A stretch of DNA of 64,000 bases from Polyangiales bacterium (GTDB lineage: Bacteria; Myxococcota_A; Polyangia; Polyangiales; Polyangiaceae), in NCBI GenBank assembly GCA_038231275.1, contig JBBRLQ010000033.1:12377-76376 (forward strand), in the 5' to 3' direction. The notes beneath the pieces are model-generated. The model was not told the origin of the DNA. It did no database searches and saw only the letters and a list, made by a program, of their open reading frames with translations. The translations under genes were made by a program, and so were the position numbers. Within the stretch, counting starts at the first letter, position 1; each line of letters opens with the position of its first letter. This document shows positions 61,243-64,000 of the stretch, in pieces.

Positions 61243-61662
61243 ATGAACCGACTCCTCCACGTCGTGGCGTTCGGCCTCCTCACGGCGGCGTGCGCGGCGC
61301 AGACGTCCGTCTCCGATTCTGCGGATAGCTCCGCGGACGCGGCCGGCCCGCAGGGCGCCTCCCAAGGCTCCCCCGACGCCTCTCGCGACGCAAACATCGA
61401 CGTGGACGCTTCGGTCAGCTGCGGCCAGACGACCTGCTCCGGAGACGGCTGGTGCGTCCACATCTCCGCGTGCGCGGGGCGGCCCGACGCCGGCGGCGTG
61501 GAGGGTGGTGCGGAGGCGGGCTCGACGTGTCGTGATCCCGAGCCTTCCTGTCAGCCCGCGACGGCCGACTGCAGTCCGAGCACTCCGAACGCGTGCAGGA
61601 ACTGCTCGTGCGGTGTCTGGAAGATCACGGCCGACCGCCAAATTTGGTGCTCCGGCTGCTGA
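61243..61662 (+). CDS. Small Cys-rich lipoprotein
   Basis: TAAC lipobox, D/S/A linker, many Cys. Confidence 0.7.
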   Translation: MNRLLHVVAFGLLTAACAAQTSVSDSADSSADAAGPQGASQGSPDASRDANIDVDASVSCGQTTCSGDGWCVHISACAGRPDAGGVEGGAEAGSTCRDPEPSCQPATADCSPSTPNACRNCSCGVWKITADRQIWCSGC

Positions 61663-61679
61663 GCCTCTCGGGCTCGCGG

Positions 61680-62590
61680 TCATCGCGGGAACGGAATCCG
61701 CAGGAGCGGTCCAGGGCCTGCCCCCGGGCCTTGGGGCATGGCGACGAGCCGGGCGCCGGCGGCCAACGTCGGACGCGCTTCCGAAGCGGGCGCGAGCGCC
61801 GGTTTGCGCGGCGTCCACGGCACGTTCGGGATGCTCTTGTCGAGCTGACGCGCGCACGCGAACGTGTCGACGAAGTGCTGCGTGAGAAGCCACGTCGCGA
61901 CCCGGCTCCGCTCGAACGCCAGGTCCTCGGCCCCCGCGCTGGCCTGCGCGAGGAACTCCTGGTTGTGGAGCTCGACGGCGAGCGCGTCCAGGCCCTCCAC
62001 AAATTCGTGATCGAGGCCGTAGAGACGGATGCGGGTCGCGACGGTGGGGGCGGAGCTCTCGAGGAGATCGCGGGCGGCGTCCGCAAGGACCTCGAGCTTC
62101 GTAGCGCGCAGGGCGACGGCAGCGCAGCGAGGCGCGCGCTCATCTCGTCCGGTGAAATTTTTTGGAGGAGCGCGGTCGCATGGCTGCACTGGAGCTCGGC
62201 GTCCGGGAGGCGCGCCGCCAGCGCGCGCTTCGCGCCCTCGCACGCGCGCGCCGCCTCCAGCAGCTCGCTCGCCTTCGTGTAGAGCGCGAGAGCCTGATCC
62301 AGCGCGAGGGCGACGAGCCGCGTCGAGCACCCGCGAAGCCTGGCGCGCTGCTCGCGCGTGCACGTCTGCGAGATCTCGTTGGCCGCGACGAAGACGGCGA
62401 GCGCCGCGCTCGCGAGATCCGTCGACGAGAGGTACGCCGACGAGGAGAGCGCCTGCGTCGTGTCCACGCCTTCGAGGAAGGCGTCGAGCTCTTCGGGCCC
62501 CGGTCGCCCCAGCGTGGACAGGAGGCGCACGCCGCGGTGCGCGGGGCCCGAGGTGGGGAATCGCGGACGTAAGGACTTCGTGCGCGCCAT
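61680..62590 (-). pseudogene. Frameshifted hypothetical helical protein
   Basis: Coding-like frame switches by -1 between ORFs 61625..62626 and 61680..62363 near 62100-62165. Confidence 0.55.
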
Positions 62591-62665
62591 CTGCTCGATG
62601 TCGCCGAACGGCCGAAATCGCCGCAACTTGAGCGTTCCACGGGGCGCGCCGACCGCGTCGCTACA

Positions 62666-63511
62666 TCACGGGCACTTGGCGCCGATGCAGGCCGCGACCT
62701 CGGAGTCGCACTTCTTCTCGAGGCAGCCGAAGTCGGCGCCATTGCAGTCGTTGAAGTGCTTGATGAAGCAGTTGAACGCTTGGTCGAAGAAGAACCGCGC
62801 GCTCGGGCAGCCCTCGGCGACGCAATCCGCGACGCACGAGACCCTCACGTTGGGTGGGCGCGTCGAGGTGTCGATGCAGTTGCGCGCGCAGCCGAGCATC
62901 TGGAAGCATCCGACCGTGGGGCAGTCGCCGCAGTCGTCGTGGCAATTGGTGCACGTCTCGTACGGACCTTCGCACTTCTTGTTGCCACAAACCGCGCACA
63001 CGCCGCAGTCGTGGGCGCACGACGCGCAGTTCTCGGGGCTCGTGCAGAGCCCGTCTCCACAGCCCTTGCAGTTGCCGCAGTCCTCGGGGCACGAGTAACA
63101 GGTCTCGCCGGGCCCCTCGCACGTGTGGTTGCCGCACGACGCGCACTTGCCGCAGTCGGGGGCGCAGCTGAGGCAGGTCTCGCCGTCTTTGCAAAAGCCG
63201 TCGCCGCACGCGTCGCAGGTGCCGCAGTCTTGGGGGCAGCCGTTGCAGTATTCGCCGGGCCCGCATGTGCCGTCGCCGCACCCGGCGCACTCGCCGCAGT
63301 CGAAAGGGCAGTTGGCGCAGGTCTCGCCGTCCTTGCACGCGCTGTCGCCGCAGGTGGGTGGGGTGTAGGGGCCGGCTTCGAAGGAGATGCCGCCGTCGCC
63401 GAGATCGGCGAGGTCGGAGCGGCCGCAGGAGGTGGTCAGGATCGCGGCGAGGAGGCCGGCGAGCGCGAGGGGGCCGAAGAAGAAGGCGTTGAAGAGGGAG
63501 CGGGCGGCCAC
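62666..63511 (-). CDS. Cys-rich repeat lipoprotein
   Basis: TTSC lipobox; six CGD/N..C...E.C..C..DCG repeats. Confidence 0.8.
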   Translation of the reverse strand: MAARSLFNAFFFGPLALAGLLAAILTTSCGRSDLADLGDGGISFEAGPYTPPTCGDSACKDGETCANCPFDCGECAGCGDGTCGPGEYCNGCPQDCGTCDACGDGFCKDGETCLSCAPDCGKCASCGNHTCEGPGETCYSCPEDCGNCKGCGDGLCTSPENCASCAHDCGVCAVCGNKKCEGPYETCTNCHDDCGDCPTVGCFQMLGCARNCIDTSTRPPNVRVSCVADCVAEGCPSARFFFDQAFNCFIKHFNDCNGADFGCLEKKCDSEVAACIGAKCP

Positions 63512-63527
63512 GGGGGGAAGGTAGCAC

Positions 63528-63764
63528 GGTCGGGGTCGGGGTCGCGGTCGGGGTCGTGGTCGTGGTCGCGGTCGCGGTCGCGGTCGTGGTCGTGGTCGCG
63601 GTCGCGGTCGCGGTCGTGGTCGTGGTCGTGGGTCGTGGTCGCGGTCGGGGCTTGGTCGCGTTCGGGGTCGTGGTCGCGGTCGGGGCTTGGTCGCGTTCGG
63701 GGTCGGGGTCGTGGTCGCGGTCGCGGTCGTTGGTCGTGGTCGTGGTCGCGGTCGCGGTCGCGGT
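63528..63764. repeat. GGTCG(C/T/G) hexamer tandem tract
   Basis: Read directly from the sequence; includes a duplicated GGGGCTTGGTCGCGTTCGGGG variant. Confidence 0.9.
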
Positions 63765-63866
63765 TGAGCAGGCCCGCGCCAGCTGCGCTGGCACTTGGGC
63801 TTGCGATGCTCGAGGAGCCGGGGGGCGCGCGCCGCAGGAGTGCCTCGCTGCGTGGGGTGCACAGTG

Positions 63867-63932
63867 CGTCGTCATCAGGAACCTCCACCGCCCTTCGGGC
63901 GGCGAGGTGAATGGAGGTTCCTGATGACGACG
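63867..63932. repeat. 21-bp perfect inverted repeat with internal hairpin
   Basis: CGTCGTCATCAGGAACCTCCA / TGGAGGTTCCTGATGACGACG flanking CCGCCC-TTC-GGGCGG. Confidence 0.9.
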
Positions 63933-64000
63933 TACAGTTTGCCTCATCATAAATTGCGGGCGTATGGGGCGGCGGTGGAGCTGCTGAGGGCGGTGCGGGA

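Noticed and set aside
63789..63805. Sigma54 promoter TGGCAC..TTGC
   Set aside because: GG-GC spacing is 11 nt rather than 10.
63436..63950. ORFs with PR, DRDH or TA dipeptide repeats
   Set aside because: Translations of the hexamer tract; the lipoprotein has a better start at 63511.

Overview
High-GC bacterial chromosomal window. Gene content points to Myxococcota, probably Polyangiales-like: a MYXO-CTERM protein, kinase-AAA-TPR proteins, a TIGR02266-type PilZ protein and Cys-rich lipoproteins. From left to right it holds: (1) an extended phosphate-starvation locus (phoB1-phoR, GT21 ceramide-glucosyltransferase-like gene, OprO/P porin, phoB2-pstB-pstS-pstC-pstA-phoU, PilZ, ppx) with GTTCAC-N5-CGTCAC Pho-box-like repeats, one facing an unannotated 25-aa membrane peptide; (2) a mixed region with a Uma2 nuclease, a flavin-dependent halogenase-like gene, stand-alone rplS and rplC, a cytochrome c-rhodanese fusion and an amidohydrolase; (3) a TetR-controlled module (OM barrel, lipoprotein, PhyH dioxygenase, TatT) with two identical operator cores; (4) two kinase-AAA-TPR genes around rlmE, one split by a single in-frame TGA; (5) a betaine-type ABC transporter, a lipase and a large Cys-repeat surface protein; (6) an exopolysaccharide cluster interrupted by a radical SAM/methyltransferase pair at a truncated kinase gene; (7) Cys-rich lipoproteins, a hexamer repeat and a long hairpin. 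I recognised no rRNA, tRNA, CRISPR array or transposase. All calls come from reading motifs by eye; no database searches were run.
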